DNA of 64,000 bases from an uncultured virus (IMG/VR IMGVR_UViG_2875292628_000003) (Duplodnaviria > Heunggongvirae > Uroviricota > Caudoviricetes). The stretch lies in the IMG/VR virus record IMGVR_UViG_2875292628_000003, one strand, 5' to 3'. The translations under genes and the position numbers were made by a program. Shown here in pieces: positions 21,301 through 28,438 of the stretch; within the stretch, counting starts at the first letter, position 1, and every line of letters starts with the position of its first letter. The notes beneath the pieces are model-generated. The model saw only the letters and a program-made list of their open reading frames with translations, did not search any database and was not told the DNA's origin.

Positions 21301-22697
21301 AAACTTTGAGTTAAAGCCTCTTTATCATTTGCACGTGCTTCAGCTTCAGCTAGAAAACCAGAATCGACTTTCTTATCAAGCTCAACATACTGAGCTGCAA
21401 ATTCATCTACTTTTTTAACTGCAGCTTCAGTTTTGCTAACTATTGGTTCAATTTTTTGATTAATGAGGGTATTAGTTTCTTCACCTAATGCTAATTTAGC
21501 ATCATCAATCATTTGACCAGCTTTAACTAAGTTTTGATCAATATCTTGTTTTAAAGCGGCCTTTGTTTGATCAATAACAATAAGAGTGTCAGCTGCTTGC
21601 TTTTTACGGTCTAGAACTTCTTGGTCTGCAACTTTTTTCGCGTTTTCTGCGACCAAGCGAATTTCATCAGAATCACTTCTAACATCAGCAATAATAGAAT
21701 CCGTTTCTCTCTTGATGAAACCAATTTTGTCATCGAGTTCTTTCTCAGCGCGGATTGCCCGTTGTTGAGCATCAGCTACCAACTCTTCATTTGCCAGAAT
21801 TGATTGATCAATACGTTTATTGGCTTCATCCAAACGAATATTTGCATCATTTGCATGCTGTTCAACAATCAGTTTGGTATCGATAATTTCTTGATCAATA
21901 TAAGCCCGAATTTCATCAACTTTATTTTGTGCAATCTGACCTACTTCTTTTACTTGGTCATGTATTTTTTGCACCTCTTCATCAATGTGATTAATACCTT
22001 CTTCAAGCAATTTATAGGCATCAGAATCTTTAATATTATCAATTAACTCTTCTACTTCTTTTATTTTTTCATCAATTTCTTGGCTTATCTGATCTTTGTT
22101 TTCATCAATTTTTTCGCCTTGTTCTTTTAAGTCTTCTTTTAAACTCTCTAACTTATTAAGAGCGTCTTTAAATGCACCCTCAATAGCTTTAGGGTCAATA
22201 GGCACACCTGCAACCGTAAGTGTTGTGCCAACAGCCATACTGCCTGCAACAGAACTATTTCCTGCAACTGAAGTATTACCTACTACAGTACTATTTCCCG
22301 TTAATGTGCTATTACCAGTTTGTTGTGTATTAGCTTGCACATTCATCAACGGCGTTTTAATAGATACAGTTGTGCCAGAATCTACTTTTAAATTTTCTTT
22401 AGAGATAAATTCAATATTGTCTTGTCGAATACGGCGCACACCTACAATTGCGCCGTCTCCGTGACTGACATAACTATGGATTACTGGACGTTCTTCATTG
22501 CCGTTTTCAAAGAAGACATAGACGTCTTCCCCATCCACAATTTGAATTTCTGTATCTAAATCACTATCACCGACTGGATAGGCAAAAGTTGCAGTAATGC
22601 CTTCACTCGCGCCATCAGTTAAACCATGAATGTGTACTTGTGCAGTACGACCTTTTGCGTTGTAACTTAAAATCTTTGCACGTTTATAACCATTCAT
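12342..22697 (-). CDS. Giant baseplate spike/central tail fibre fusion (3451 aa)
   Basis: N-terminal gpV/gp5-like OB region plus GNSTLTGNSTVVGNTSVAG beta-helix; coiled coils alternating with carbohydrate-binding-like modules; ILEI/PANDER-like domain; gpJ-like C-terminus (GFQADRIFF...PFII...VLMNSDVFI). Confidence 0.75.
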   Translation of the reverse strand: MNGYKRAKILSYNAKGRTAQVHIHGLTDGASEGITATFAYPVGDSDLDTEIQIVDGEDVYVFFENGNEERPVIHSYVSHGDGAIVGVRRIRQDNIEFISKENLKVDSGTTVSIKTPLMNVQANTQQTGNSTLTGNSTVVGNTSVAGNSSVAGSMAVGTTLTVAGVPIDPKAIEGAFKDALNKLESLKEDLKEQGEKIDENKDQISQEIDEKIKEVEELIDNIKDSDAYKLLEEGINHIDEEVQKIHDQVKEVGQIAQNKVDEIRAYIDQEIIDTKLIVEQHANDANIRLDEANKRIDQSILANEELVADAQQRAIRAEKELDDKIGFIKRETDSIIADVRSDSDEIRLVAENAKKVADQEVLDRKKQAADTLIVIDQTKAALKQDIDQNLVKAGQMIDDAKLALGEETNTLINQKIEPIVSKTEAAVKKVDEFAAQYVELDKKVDSGFLAEAEARANDKEALTQSFELKFAEMQNELGKSNALISEESKTRAAQDKAITEQISIAQSQIGDNKAAINSVERTVVDLTKSVAEKTDQIQASLDTTNASLLSANELARMQSLGKPLRDDPTFLSGNGGLSAYVVPAGSTLTRQAKSTDNPVNSTHEMLLRSTSSLGGGWYPTVPTLVAAPNKTFLIKQIIKMPKGTYLLPVGNATGTGGYLRVLGNKEGTGKFEVYYSVVQCGYDAPAAIHGHFRVLAGTNPPLPSTSSPVDVILADYEVWDITALNDTIPKAWRDQITGNASYIEKVESSVKLVDEKLVSEAKKLEELKTDYNSNKTKTTSDLATITQSVSDGDKALSLRIDQTKAALEEADRQSNSNILEVTESLAEFEQSTTTKFTELDTSISKENLKVQGQIVDVQKSISTLESNTNTKISGLSSSLKTTDDIAKLAFDNAAEAQQTGTTAVKATEALSQNLLSLKSQTQVTTGVRAVVTAKGIDDWSTWRATGEAKVLQDSDAFGGYILELGNNAGNDEAWVHWKELVKINPDTLYRVRARFRRVAGENGSIYLGVACKTADQTKYVTTTNNLAADMGSSNYLLSAIKPNLGEWQEVVLYLKGKSTGAATGLGTIDNPRTFPAQAEFYAPMFIGNYAAQPGISQLNYIIVEDNNSLASANDATATANDLFKTATNRTEAEAERTSKLESRMQNAETGIQSNAQALLKTATKSDLDSAMGRVATDITAAVDNIKIGGVNAVANSEAPRSSTASTSREYLMYERSKELKAFYDENLDKPVTISFDVSVPVAGTVQVYSSNGSAHYFTTSVTVTKANEFQRFAVTVSPKVHTGSTTESTIEFYGTYGSGRIPTIQKLQIEAGNKATAWSPSPRDTQSSLNANAEAIKVTQAEVKKNGDTLSSQSIDISKLRNDLTLTNTEVGKKASSEALETTNSKVTEQAGQIKAVTEQSNTLSANLNKSAPAGTNLLINSNVVGTYNGVSYPHLRYKVGEDWEVGAKYTLLWCAEHTRGAGDTNSNLTVYAGGGSQWVQACPAGAGKVINKVTFTKSSAGTGREIQFYMINKPTADKNSVGTVYWAVLVKGEFITTDNWIASPYDFNAAFDKVSANLNEFKQTYVTESTALAKKTQNLESTINDPVNGLAAQAKQISDRMTKSDVDSAISTTTEALKTSIGGKAFDNIVVGGNVEKSKTGGYVQISYPLAKSLNAPGITVTVRAKVTFDNGGNNAANLRIYIGGANVFNADAPIFSASKDIFEFTLTTIARTDSTVVNFACFPNSSANANATTTVHWVEVFEGNNKALNDKVSTSTLIKDYSSKADTAQAITSATETLEAKFRQKFGDLWTNSSATLDSTRYTKTETNQAIAEESKIIKAAISTSGGDNIIKNGDFSSPLGTLNWRQNSAVAGNLLEVYKDSKGATWGHFKSTDTTTYFKGFIETLTLADGLEMNQKYTLSFKAMSLTAAQTQILLIIHRRDSSGSNNQIGTTWNNISTDKETLCTYTFDTNIINLQHINLILYSQVGFAPDFLIREVQLEKGELATGFRKNPRELIKDLEANASAIEGTKADVQKNGEKITSLAENYATLKSTVDNNKTAVDGKFQEINSTISDNQQNTTQSINNLESSYKQLNQDLGQVFNYRVYSCGWNGFFTGIKNLKGEIKSVASARGFSVHVLAADGSVASSTRYDTYAAVANATAMSNAIAAIPNDTFVIVTNYDSIGVNLAPVKNALISLGANPFTLDQITGRDAYILVGQKGIGSGRGIELHATPDTGPNGAKQIMLAVQVVSGIPIGLANNSGNLQKVLENHAQILQEKITRSDAKEVFAEEIKVFKAQLDTLRYSEENWILLGDDTKNLSISTGTNRTVAVWELQYKHKEIPIDKGDPIVARIKYTATAGLVGATCSIQFHGATYSVGLPSFVVAASGEIELTGIFPSDLKASAFEAIPLGLRFDNAPSGGTFTVTNMFISRGNSAPNFKGGFRSSLKQNAQFVEDTFIKADVNKGVIAQQIQQYDATVPGGLSSVVKTTKATADQTSKDLATLRNTEISQLQTSTNNLGSALENTTMLAMMITNGKLLQGDVNFKKGNNGVSVYNNAGNGNVTVTRVAKSADNPTTSTYEIEIKTIGAASPTWGGFVQLVYGRANAVFVIKYLIKLPVGYKLVNAGNAMGTGAIDRFIGNTEGTGKFETYIRMIKCGAVGSFSNSGHVYVAGGSTPTATAPLVWTLAQIEQYDVTDYASADPTLQDFVSSATDSISTLTNFKETWAAKLTEMSSKLDSKNGAYILNADITNTNVERAIAASSQKITSEYTNAMSVQPLSSGAGKIFVKPLTWRQAITTSGTLVIKTPITVGAYMTKVKISGYNYNNKEDNIFDLDLAFYAYTSTVPFYSNMTSRSFGITLDESNATTKGLALALDSNNKVCILITKKYAWSYPAITVESATITHTNPPDYFKDGWTAAIETDLSVYKSVTPFTVTSMMETTAGSQAKVDVPMAQLSDIAADNKLTPVEKKQAKLVWDTLYQTDASLRAEAVTYGISSAAYATAFSTLNTYLAALFANMNVTSTIDRNQFITNFANVHNARQALVRAISEKAKEIADTAKDIASTTKATLERDYMTSTKTNEAIASSTERMSALYSANGQKIMASVLETWQKDWLVKTPSGNKTELSLVADATCRGGYALRIGNNVGNDEAWLNWFTSLPIDDNKYYRVKYRFRRVSGTGVVYVGATCQNANKTKYIAQDNSEINDIGSSHYLVAGTAPALGTWITGTAYFKGRSAGASAGAGTLLSPKTFANKAAFFTPVFIGNYSGKAGEVDLDFIDIEDADNIADFENFKTTYTTDVGAYAGALQTLVSVYGQNAIKLKSQADLIDGVKGKYVMGMDNNGVFTGMSMVSEQTNGTVLSSIGFQADRIFFTTGSSSTKYMPFIIQDNQVLMNSDVFIKNLTAANFKAKSLTAELFNVDKLSAITGELGTLITYKDPSQPQKARMVISGTALKLYDDNNIERIYIGL

Positions 22698-22706
22698 ATA
22701 TTTGAC

Positions 22707-23600
22707 CTACAAATTAGCAATCCAGAACTTTGATGAAGTCCCCATTGATCCCCCGATTGCGCCTGTATCTATATGATGTGCAGCTGTTAAAACGATATAC
22801 TTCTTACTATCAATTTCGAATATATCGCCCGCATTCCAATTCAAATTTAGCGGCCTGATTATGGTTCCCCGCAAGATCAAAACTTTTTCTAAGTTTTTAA
22901 CTTGTCGGGCATCTAAACCAGCTCTTTGCGTAACAGTGTGGCCTGGGGTTATTGAGTCATCACCAACAACCGTTGAACCGTTATTCTCCACGGTCACGAA
23001 AGATGATTTTTGCATCAGTTCCAAAGGTTTACTTGATATCCAAACGACACTGCTAGGATCTAGTTTTGTGATAGGTTCCTTTTTGAAGAAAGAATCAATT
23101 TTTTGAGCAGACACTTTATTATTTTGAAAGCAAATTACAGCTGCTTCTTGTTGCAGATAATGAGCCAAGCGCTGTGTAGGCATACTACCCTTTAAACAAA
23201 CAAATTTAGGCAAAGGTAAATCACTGCCCAGACTGATCGTTGCACCACAAGCTCGAATTACTGAATTAAAAGAAGTTTCATTACTAATAATTGCTTGCTT
23301 TGAATATTCGATAAGTCTTTTACAACCAGCCAAAATACCAATACATGAGATGCCACCTACTCGCCGATCTTGTTTAATAGTCTGAGTTTTTAGAGGGGTA
23401 ACTTTGATAAGTTCGAAAGGATGAGATATGTCATTTACAGTAAGTAGCTCCCCTTCTTTTAAAAGGGAGTCTAATTCAGTAGTAGATTGAACTGTGAACT
23501 CAATAGATGCGGGAATAGGTACGAGATCAGTTCTTAAAGTTGCACTAATCAGCTCAGACGCTGGAATAATTTTACCCGCAGATACAATGGTGATTTGCAT
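22707..23600 (-). CDS. Baseplate hub-like protein
   Basis: Immediately upstream of spike; size and context of P1-type hub genes. Confidence 0.5.
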   Translation of the reverse strand: MQITIVSAGKIIPASELISATLRTDLVPIPASIEFTVQSTTELDSLLKEGELLTVNDISHPFELIKVTPLKTQTIKQDRRVGGISCIGILAGCKRLIEYSKQAIISNETSFNSVIRACGATISLGSDLPLPKFVCLKGSMPTQRLAHYLQQEAAVICFQNNKVSAQKIDSFFKKEPITKLDPSSVVWISSKPLELMQKSSFVTVENNGSTVVGDDSITPGHTVTQRAGLDARQVKNLEKVLILRGTIIRPLNLNWNAGDIFEIDSKKYIVLTAAHHIDTGAIGGSMGTSSKFWIANL

Positions 23601-24049
23601 TAACGGTTCCCCAAGTTAAAATTAAAACTCATTGGGGCCATACAAAACGCAAGTTTAGGCAAAGCGTCTTTCTTTTCATTATAGTTCTGTTGAGCTTCTG
23701 ATACAGATAGCCCATAACTTTCGACTCCGAGCCCACGAGTAGCTTCAACCAATCTAGCTTGCAAAAGATCACAGTGAGCTTTTACTAAAGGTTGGATGAT
23801 TACGTACTCATCACCGCTAAGTTCGATAGTTTCATTCAGTTCAATACTCGTGGTAGCTTTAGTTTGACAATCTAAAACAGCCCATCCGGCATAATATTTT
23901 GCCTCATCTAAAAATGCTTTCACGATATCATCAAGCAAAATTGAATAGCCCGATAATTGATATTCTTTATAGAGTTCTTCTGAAAGTTGCTGGATAGAAC
24001 CAGCAACTACAGCATACCCTTCAGATTCAGGTAATAACTTCATAGCCAT
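23600..24049 (-). CDS. Phage morphogenesis protein
   Basis: Coupled between tube and hub genes. Confidence 0.45.
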   Translation of the reverse strand: MAMKLLPESEGYAVVAGSIQQLSEELYKEYQLSGYSILLDDIVKAFLDEAKYYAGWAVLDCQTKATTSIELNETIELSGDEYVIIQPLVKAHCDLLQARLVEATRGLGVESYGLSVSEAQQNYNEKKDALPKLAFCMAPMSFNFNLGNR

Positions 24050-24693
24050 TACCCGAAAAGATTGCCTAATGTACGTGATGTCGCATTAATCGTTGAGTTG
24101 CGTACAGCTTGTTGAGCAGTATTGATTACCTGCTGAACGCGATTCACAAGTTCAGCTGTACCATCAATTTCTTTTTTACCCGGCTGAATACTGCCGTTGG
24201 TACCAATGTTTGCGAAGCTACCAAAGTAGTTATAGTCGATTGGGCAAGAAACTGTCATAACTTGAGATCGGCTATCTGAATCATACTCAGCTGACTCAAA
24301 GCGTATAGCACAGTTTTCAAGTGCATAAGAACGGGTAAAACTACCTAAACGGCCATCGTAATAATCACCATGGATGATTCCACCACTAGCTACGACATAT
24401 TCAGCTAATAGTTGATCATGCCCTGCTTCAGTTACTAGGATTTGAAGGTTGCCTGTGTAATGGGTTTTCGGGGGACCAGCAACAATTCCAGTAAATCCAC
24501 CCGCATATTGAACTTCTGCTGGATCTTCATTACTCACAATTGGCCGTGGGCAACTTTTAAATAAGAAGCGAAGGTCTTCCATGCCACGAGGAACAAACAT
24601 CCCCTGACACGCTAATAATGGTGAACCAAGTTGCTGTAGAGCAATGTAATCTTGTTTAAGCTGATTTAGTAAAATCGGATTAGATTGTTGCAT
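24049..24693 (-). CDS. Tail tube-like protein (P1 Tub-like)
   Basis: PRP...AEVQYAGG...IDYNYFG pattern; ATG (MQQSNP) at 24693 fits the late promoter. Confidence 0.55.
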   Translation of the reverse strand: MQQSNPILLNQLKQDYIALQQLGSPLLACQGMFVPRGMEDLRFLFKSCPRPIVSNEDPAEVQYAGGFTGIVAGPPKTHYTGNLQILVTEAGHDQLLAEYVVASGGIIHGDYYDGRLGSFTRSYALENCAIRFESAEYDSDSRSQVMTVSCPIDYNYFGSFANIGTNGSIQPGKKEIDGTAELVNRVQQVINTAQQAVRNSTINATSRTLGNLFG

Positions 24694-24727
24694 AATTTTG
24701 ATGCTCAAAATGCAGATTTATGCAACA

Positions 24728-24768
24728 AGATTAAGGATGTTTTTGCTATTGGTTTTTAATCAGTTCCA
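24728..24768 (-). promoter_or_regulatory. Late promoter box for tube-hub-spike operon
   Basis: TGGAACT-N28-TAATCT. Confidence 0.75.
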
Positions 24769-24819
24769 TTTTAGAAAACTGACTTTATATTAATAAAAAA
24801 CCCGCAAAAGCGGGCTATA

Positions 24820-25086
24820 TCACATCTGTTTATAGATAACATCTCGCCTATCTACATCAAGAACAAGAACTACGACTACATCATCCTTGACTTGATATAA
24901 AAGGCGGTATCCTGCTGATTTCAGTTTAATCTTATATAGATCAACTGATCCTCTCAGCTTATTCTTCGGTATCTTAGGGTTATCTAGGATTGCTTCCAGC
25001 TTACGAATAAACTGCTCAGCGATTTGTGGGTTAAGTTTGTCAAACTTTTTAAGAGCTGTTTTTGAGAACTCTAGCTCGTAACTCAT
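24820..25086 (-). CDS. relE: RelE/StbE family toxin
   Basis: YELEFSKTALKKFDKL...YKIKLKSAGYRLLYQV...RRDVIY. Confidence 0.9.
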   Translation of the reverse strand: MSYELEFSKTALKKFDKLNPQIAEQFIRKLEAILDNPKIPKNKLRGSVDLYKIKLKSAGYRLLYQVKDDVVVVLVLDVDRRDVIYKQM

Positions 25087-25336
25087 TAATAGATACCTTC
25101 ACAGTTTCGTCAGTATCAACTTGCTCGGCTAGTTTAATTAGTTCCTGATCTTCAATTAGATCCATCATGCGTTCATACATTGCTGCCGGAACACAGTAGA
25201 ATTCTGGATTATTTCTATTCAGAATAGCTACTGCTTCGCCAAAAGCATTTTGTACAACTGCTGTAGGATTCTTTTTTAATTCAGAAACACTAGCCACAAA
25301 TCGACTATGGATTATGTGGTTCATGACGTTTCTCAT
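25049..25336 (-). CDS. Phd/YefM (StbD-like) antitoxin
   Basis: ASVSELKKNP...VAILNRNNPEFYCVP; overlaps relE start; true start may be 25324. Confidence 0.85.
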   Translation of the reverse strand: MRNVMNHIIHSRFVASVSELKKNPTAVVQNAFGEAVAILNRNNPEFYCVPAAMYERMMDLIEDQELIKLAEQVDTDETVKVSINELRARVLKNSS

Positions 25337-25516
25337 TTGATGTGTCCTACATCAATTTGTAGCCAATTGATTAGAACCGTCCTCAGAAAGTTAAGTTTGC
25401 TACAGGGTTAACTCAATATAAACAATTTGAAGATCTGTTTCAAGACCTGTTTAACAACCACTTAATAGGTCTTAATAAAAAAGCCACCCTAAAAGGTAGC
25501 TTTTTAAATCAGCTTT

Positions 25517-25569
25517 TTATCCAATATTTGGTGGTACTCGCAGAACCTGTACTGAAGGTACACCCCGAT
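25517..25569. repeat. 53-bp direct copy of 27310-27362 (3' end of sheath N-domain gene)
   Basis: TTATCCAATATTTGGTGGTACTCGCAGAACCTGTA(C/A)TGAAGGTACACCCCGAT, one mismatch. Confidence 0.9.
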
Positions 25570-25703
25570 ACACACCCATGAAGCATATCGTTGATGGCAT
25601 TGGCTTAGATTGGGCTTCTCAGTTTGTTAAGTTAAAACAAATAGTTAATCAAGTTGTTATGATTTTCATAATAACTGATTTTCTTGTAATGTGCCTAAAA
25701 TAG
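25569..25703 (+). pseudogene. Fragment of a third antirepressor gene
   Basis: Translates YTPMKHIVDGIGLDWASQFVKLKQ..., matching YTPMKPIVEGMGLAWQSQ in 26328..27224; lacks N-terminus. Confidence 0.75.
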
Positions 25704-25780
25704 AAAGGATCTGATTCAGTACTGGGCAACTTTGTTCTAGCTGTATTTACTGCCGGTGCATAAGCTAAAGCTTTGGACAT
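25649..25780 (-). CDS. Short or truncated late ORF (43 aa, MSKALAYAPAVN...)
   Basis: Follows a full late box and RBS hairpin; runs into the antirepressor relic on the other strand. Confidence 0.45.
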   Translation of the reverse strand: MSKALAYAPAVNTARTKLPSTESDPFYFRHITRKSVIMKIITT

Positions 25781-25809
25781 AATAATGACCCTATTCATTG
25801 AATAAAGCC

Positions 25810-25850
25810 ATTATTTACAATGAGGAAAGCTTAGAAGTTAGTTAGTTCCA
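25810..25850 (-). promoter_or_regulatory. Late promoter box
   Basis: TGGAACT-N28-AATAAT; 16-bp hairpin 25781-25815. Confidence 0.75.
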
Positions 25851-25869
25851 ACTCCACAAGAAAAATATT

Positions 25870-26124
25870 TTAGTTTTCGATATCTTTATCATCACATTCA
25901 AGCCAAAAGACATCTTCAAACTTCTCGCATACACCAGCTTTTTTTAGTTCGGTGTAAATGAGTAAGGCACGATAAACACTGATGTGTTTTCCTGCTTCTG
26001 CATCTTTTATATACCTATTAAGCACATGATTATTTGATATAAATCCGCATTGTTTAGCTAATTGATAAACTGTCATACCAGCTTGCTCTCGCAAAGTTGC
26101 GACATTGTTTTTTTCAACCATCAC
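25870..26124 (-). CDS. XRE-family HTH regulator
   Basis: LREQAGMTVYQLAKQCG...FEDVFW; divergent from antirepressor. Confidence 0.7.
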   Translation of the reverse strand: MMVEKNNVATLREQAGMTVYQLAKQCGFISNNHVLNRYIKDAEAGKHISVYRALLIYTELKKAGVCEKFEDVFWLECDDKDIEN

Positions 26125-26327
26125 GATATACCAAAAAATATTTAGTTCAGTGTATCACAAGAACAATTGCTATTAAATATAATTTTATTAATACTCGTAA
26201 TTGCTATTATATTTAATAGTTGTTATATTTAACTCATCAGGACAGGATATGGTCTTGATAAAAAGAACCCCTTGTACCGATCAAAGTAAACAAGGGGTTA
26301 TATCCAATCTCTAAGAGGAAATTAGAC

Positions 26328-27224
26328 ATGACTACTTTAACTCAAATCACCGTACCTTTCCACAATGCTGAGTTGTACTTGGTGGAACATGATGGTCAGC
26401 CATATACACCCATGAAGCCTATTGTTGAGGGTATGGGGTTAGCTTGGCAGTCTCAATTAGCAAAACTGAATGCCAATCCTCAACGATGGGGTATAACGAA
26501 AATCGTTATACCTACTCTTGGCGACTTACAGGAAATGGTTTGTCTACCACTAAGAAAACTTCTTGCTTGGCTCACCACCATCAGTCCTAACAAAGTAAAA
26601 CCTGAACTTCGTGACACTGTCATCATGTACCAAAACGAATGTGATGATGTCTTATGGAATTACTGGACAAAAGGCCAAGTAATCAATCATAGAAAAGCTA
26701 TCTCACCTGAACAACAGCATGCTTTACATGCAATCGTCGATCGTCGTGCAGGAAAAGATCGAAGTTTAAGAGCCTCTATGTGGATACGTCATAATCGCCA
26801 CTTTGGAATTGCTAAATATAGCCAATTGCTTTCAATCCATTTTGATGATGCGAAGCAGTATCTTGAGACAATACCACTTCATGAGCTAGGCCCAACCGAA
26901 ACAGATACACTTAAACGTTTAGAAAAATTTGTAGATAATCTCGCTGCACGGTATCCAGCATTAGAAAATCCGCTAGCTTATGAAATAGCACAGCATGTAG
27001 GTGAGAAGCTAAAGTATCAATCTCCCAAAGGTCCGAAAAACTTCTGGATTTCGATTCAGGAAAACGGCGCTCTTTCAGTACAGCAATATTCTCTACACCA
27101 CACGCCCATTAATGTCGTGCAACTACGCGAAAAGTTTAATGGGCTATGGGAGTTTCTTCATAAGGATGAAGTACTTGAGCTTGGCAAAGTATTAAAACGC
27201 TTTCCTTTTGAACCTGTGAACTGA
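26328..27224 (+). CDS. Phage antirepressor-like protein (P22AR N-terminal domain)
   Basis: VPFHNAEL...PMKPIVEGMGLAWQSQ...CLPLRKL..WL..ISPNKVKPE...YQNECDDVLWNYW. Confidence 0.85.
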   Translation: MTTLTQITVPFHNAELYLVEHDGQPYTPMKPIVEGMGLAWQSQLAKLNANPQRWGITKIVIPTLGDLQEMVCLPLRKLLAWLTTISPNKVKPELRDTVIMYQNECDDVLWNYWTKGQVINHRKAISPEQQHALHAIVDRRAGKDRSLRASMWIRHNRHFGIAKYSQLLSIHFDDAKQYLETIPLHELGPTETDTLKRLEKFVDNLAARYPALENPLAYEIAQHVGEKLKYQSPKGPKNFWISIQENGALSVQQYSLHHTPINVVQLREKFNGLWEFLHKDEVLELGKVLKRFPFEPVN

Positions 27225-27273
27225 AAGGGCATATCATTAAATTAAGACGTTCCTACTGGAACTCCCCTTATAT

Positions 27274-27304
27274 TAAAGCCAGCTATACAGCTGGCTTTCT
27301 TTTT
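27274..27304. terminator. Bidirectional terminator
   Basis: AAAGCCAGCT-ATAC-AGCTGGCTTT. Confidence 0.8.
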
Positions 27305-27309
27305 AGAAC

Positions 27310-27588
27310 TTATCCAATATTTGGTGGTACTCGCAGAACCTGTAATGAAGGTACACCCCGATCTAGCGCATCTTGGACACAACGATAATCAGGATTATTT
27401 GGTTCATAACCAAGTTCACCACGGATATTACCCTTATGTATTGTCATCGGTGCATCAAAACGCCCACGCATAAAACGACCAATAATAATTGTGTCAGTTA
27501 ATGATTGATTGGTCTTTATTTCTGTTTTATCAGTTTTTTTCTGATATTGAATACCAGGCGCTTCACCTATGATTTGAGTTGTATTCAT
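27310..27588 (-). CDS. Stand-alone tail sheath N-terminal domain (92 aa)
   Basis: GEAPGI...IIGRFMRG...ELG...VQDAL..G...VLRV resembles sheath N-termini; AAGGA RBS before ATG 27588. Confidence 0.6.
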   Translation of the reverse strand: MNTTQIIGEAPGIQYQKKTDKTEIKTNQSLTDTIIIGRFMRGRFDAPMTIHKGNIRGELGYEPNNPDYRCVQDALDRGVPSLQVLRVPPNIG

Positions 27589-27649
27589 GAGTATTTCCTT
27601 AATTAAATGGATTATAGGTAAAGCCAAAAATGACCTTACCTATGAGTAA

Positions 27650-28417
27650 TTAGTAAATACCTAAGCGTTTACCTTTTTTGAATGAACGTAAACGCTTGTT
27701 GATTGCATTTGCAGTAAAAGCATGAAGTCGAGCTTTTTTCATACCAGCTTTTTGTGCTGCAGTTAAACGGACCTTTTGACCAGGTAATCGTTTATTCACA
27801 ACGGTTTTGACACCTTGACGAATAGCCAGCACACCACGGTAGTGAATTTTTCGCCCATTTACTTTCCGTTGGCTAAATGCTCCATTTCGAGCTTTAATTT
27901 TTTTAGCCATTGAATCGAAACCTTCTTCAGTTTCATCCGCTTCACCGAAAATAAACTCTCGAACGAGTTCTTCAAGTTCTGGGCCATCGTCTGGCATATT
28001 AGCAAGAACTGTATTGGCTGCTGCTTCTAACGCCACATCAGCAACTTCTGTATCATCACTAAAGATCTCTTCAATATCAGAAGCGTCAACGCCGAATGTT
28101 AGGAAAGCATCGGACAGAGATGCCATTAAAGCGCTTTCAAAGATGCCTTCTTCATCATCTGCACCATCTAATGCATCGACAATTAATGCGTCTAAATGAT
28201 CAACGCCCAGTTCACCTTCTTCAAGCTTACCTTCACTGATTGTATCTACCGTATCGGATAGAATGTTCAGAGCAATTTGTCGTACTTGTTCAATCACAGA
28301 TTGCTGTTCTCGATCAGTACTTGAAACCTTACTTACAACGGTAGAAATATTCTCCGCTGCTGAATCAAAAGCACGTAAAGTTAATGGTTTTTCAGTAGTG
28401 GGTCCAAATGGATTCAT
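27650..28417 (-). CDS. Prohead core/scaffold-like protein
   Basis: Very acidic N-terminal two thirds, very basic C-terminus (KKARLHAFTANAINKRLRSFKKG) reminiscent of T4 gp68-type core proteins. Confidence 0.5.
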   Translation of the reverse strand: MNPFGPTTEKPLTLRAFDSAAENISTVVSKVSSTDREQQSVIEQVRQIALNILSDTVDTISEGKLEEGELGVDHLDALIVDALDGADDEEGIFESALMASLSDAFLTFGVDASDIEEIFSDDTEVADVALEAAANTVLANMPDDGPELEELVREFIFGEADETEEGFDSMAKKIKARNGAFSQRKVNGRKIHYRGVLAIRQGVKTVVNKRLPGQKVRLTAAQKAGMKKARLHAFTANAINKRLRSFKKGKRLGIY

Positions 28418-28438
28418 CTTGATAGATCCTTAATAAAA

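Noticed and set aside
12583..22464. Many short plus-strand ORFs inside the giant fibre gene (and similar ones in other long genes)
   Set aside because: Antisense shadows of codon bias, without RBS or recognisable motifs
27246..27263. GTTCC/TGGAACT near antirepressor 3' end as a late promoter
   Set aside because: Neither orientation gives a NANNNT hexamer at N28 or a suitably placed downstream gene
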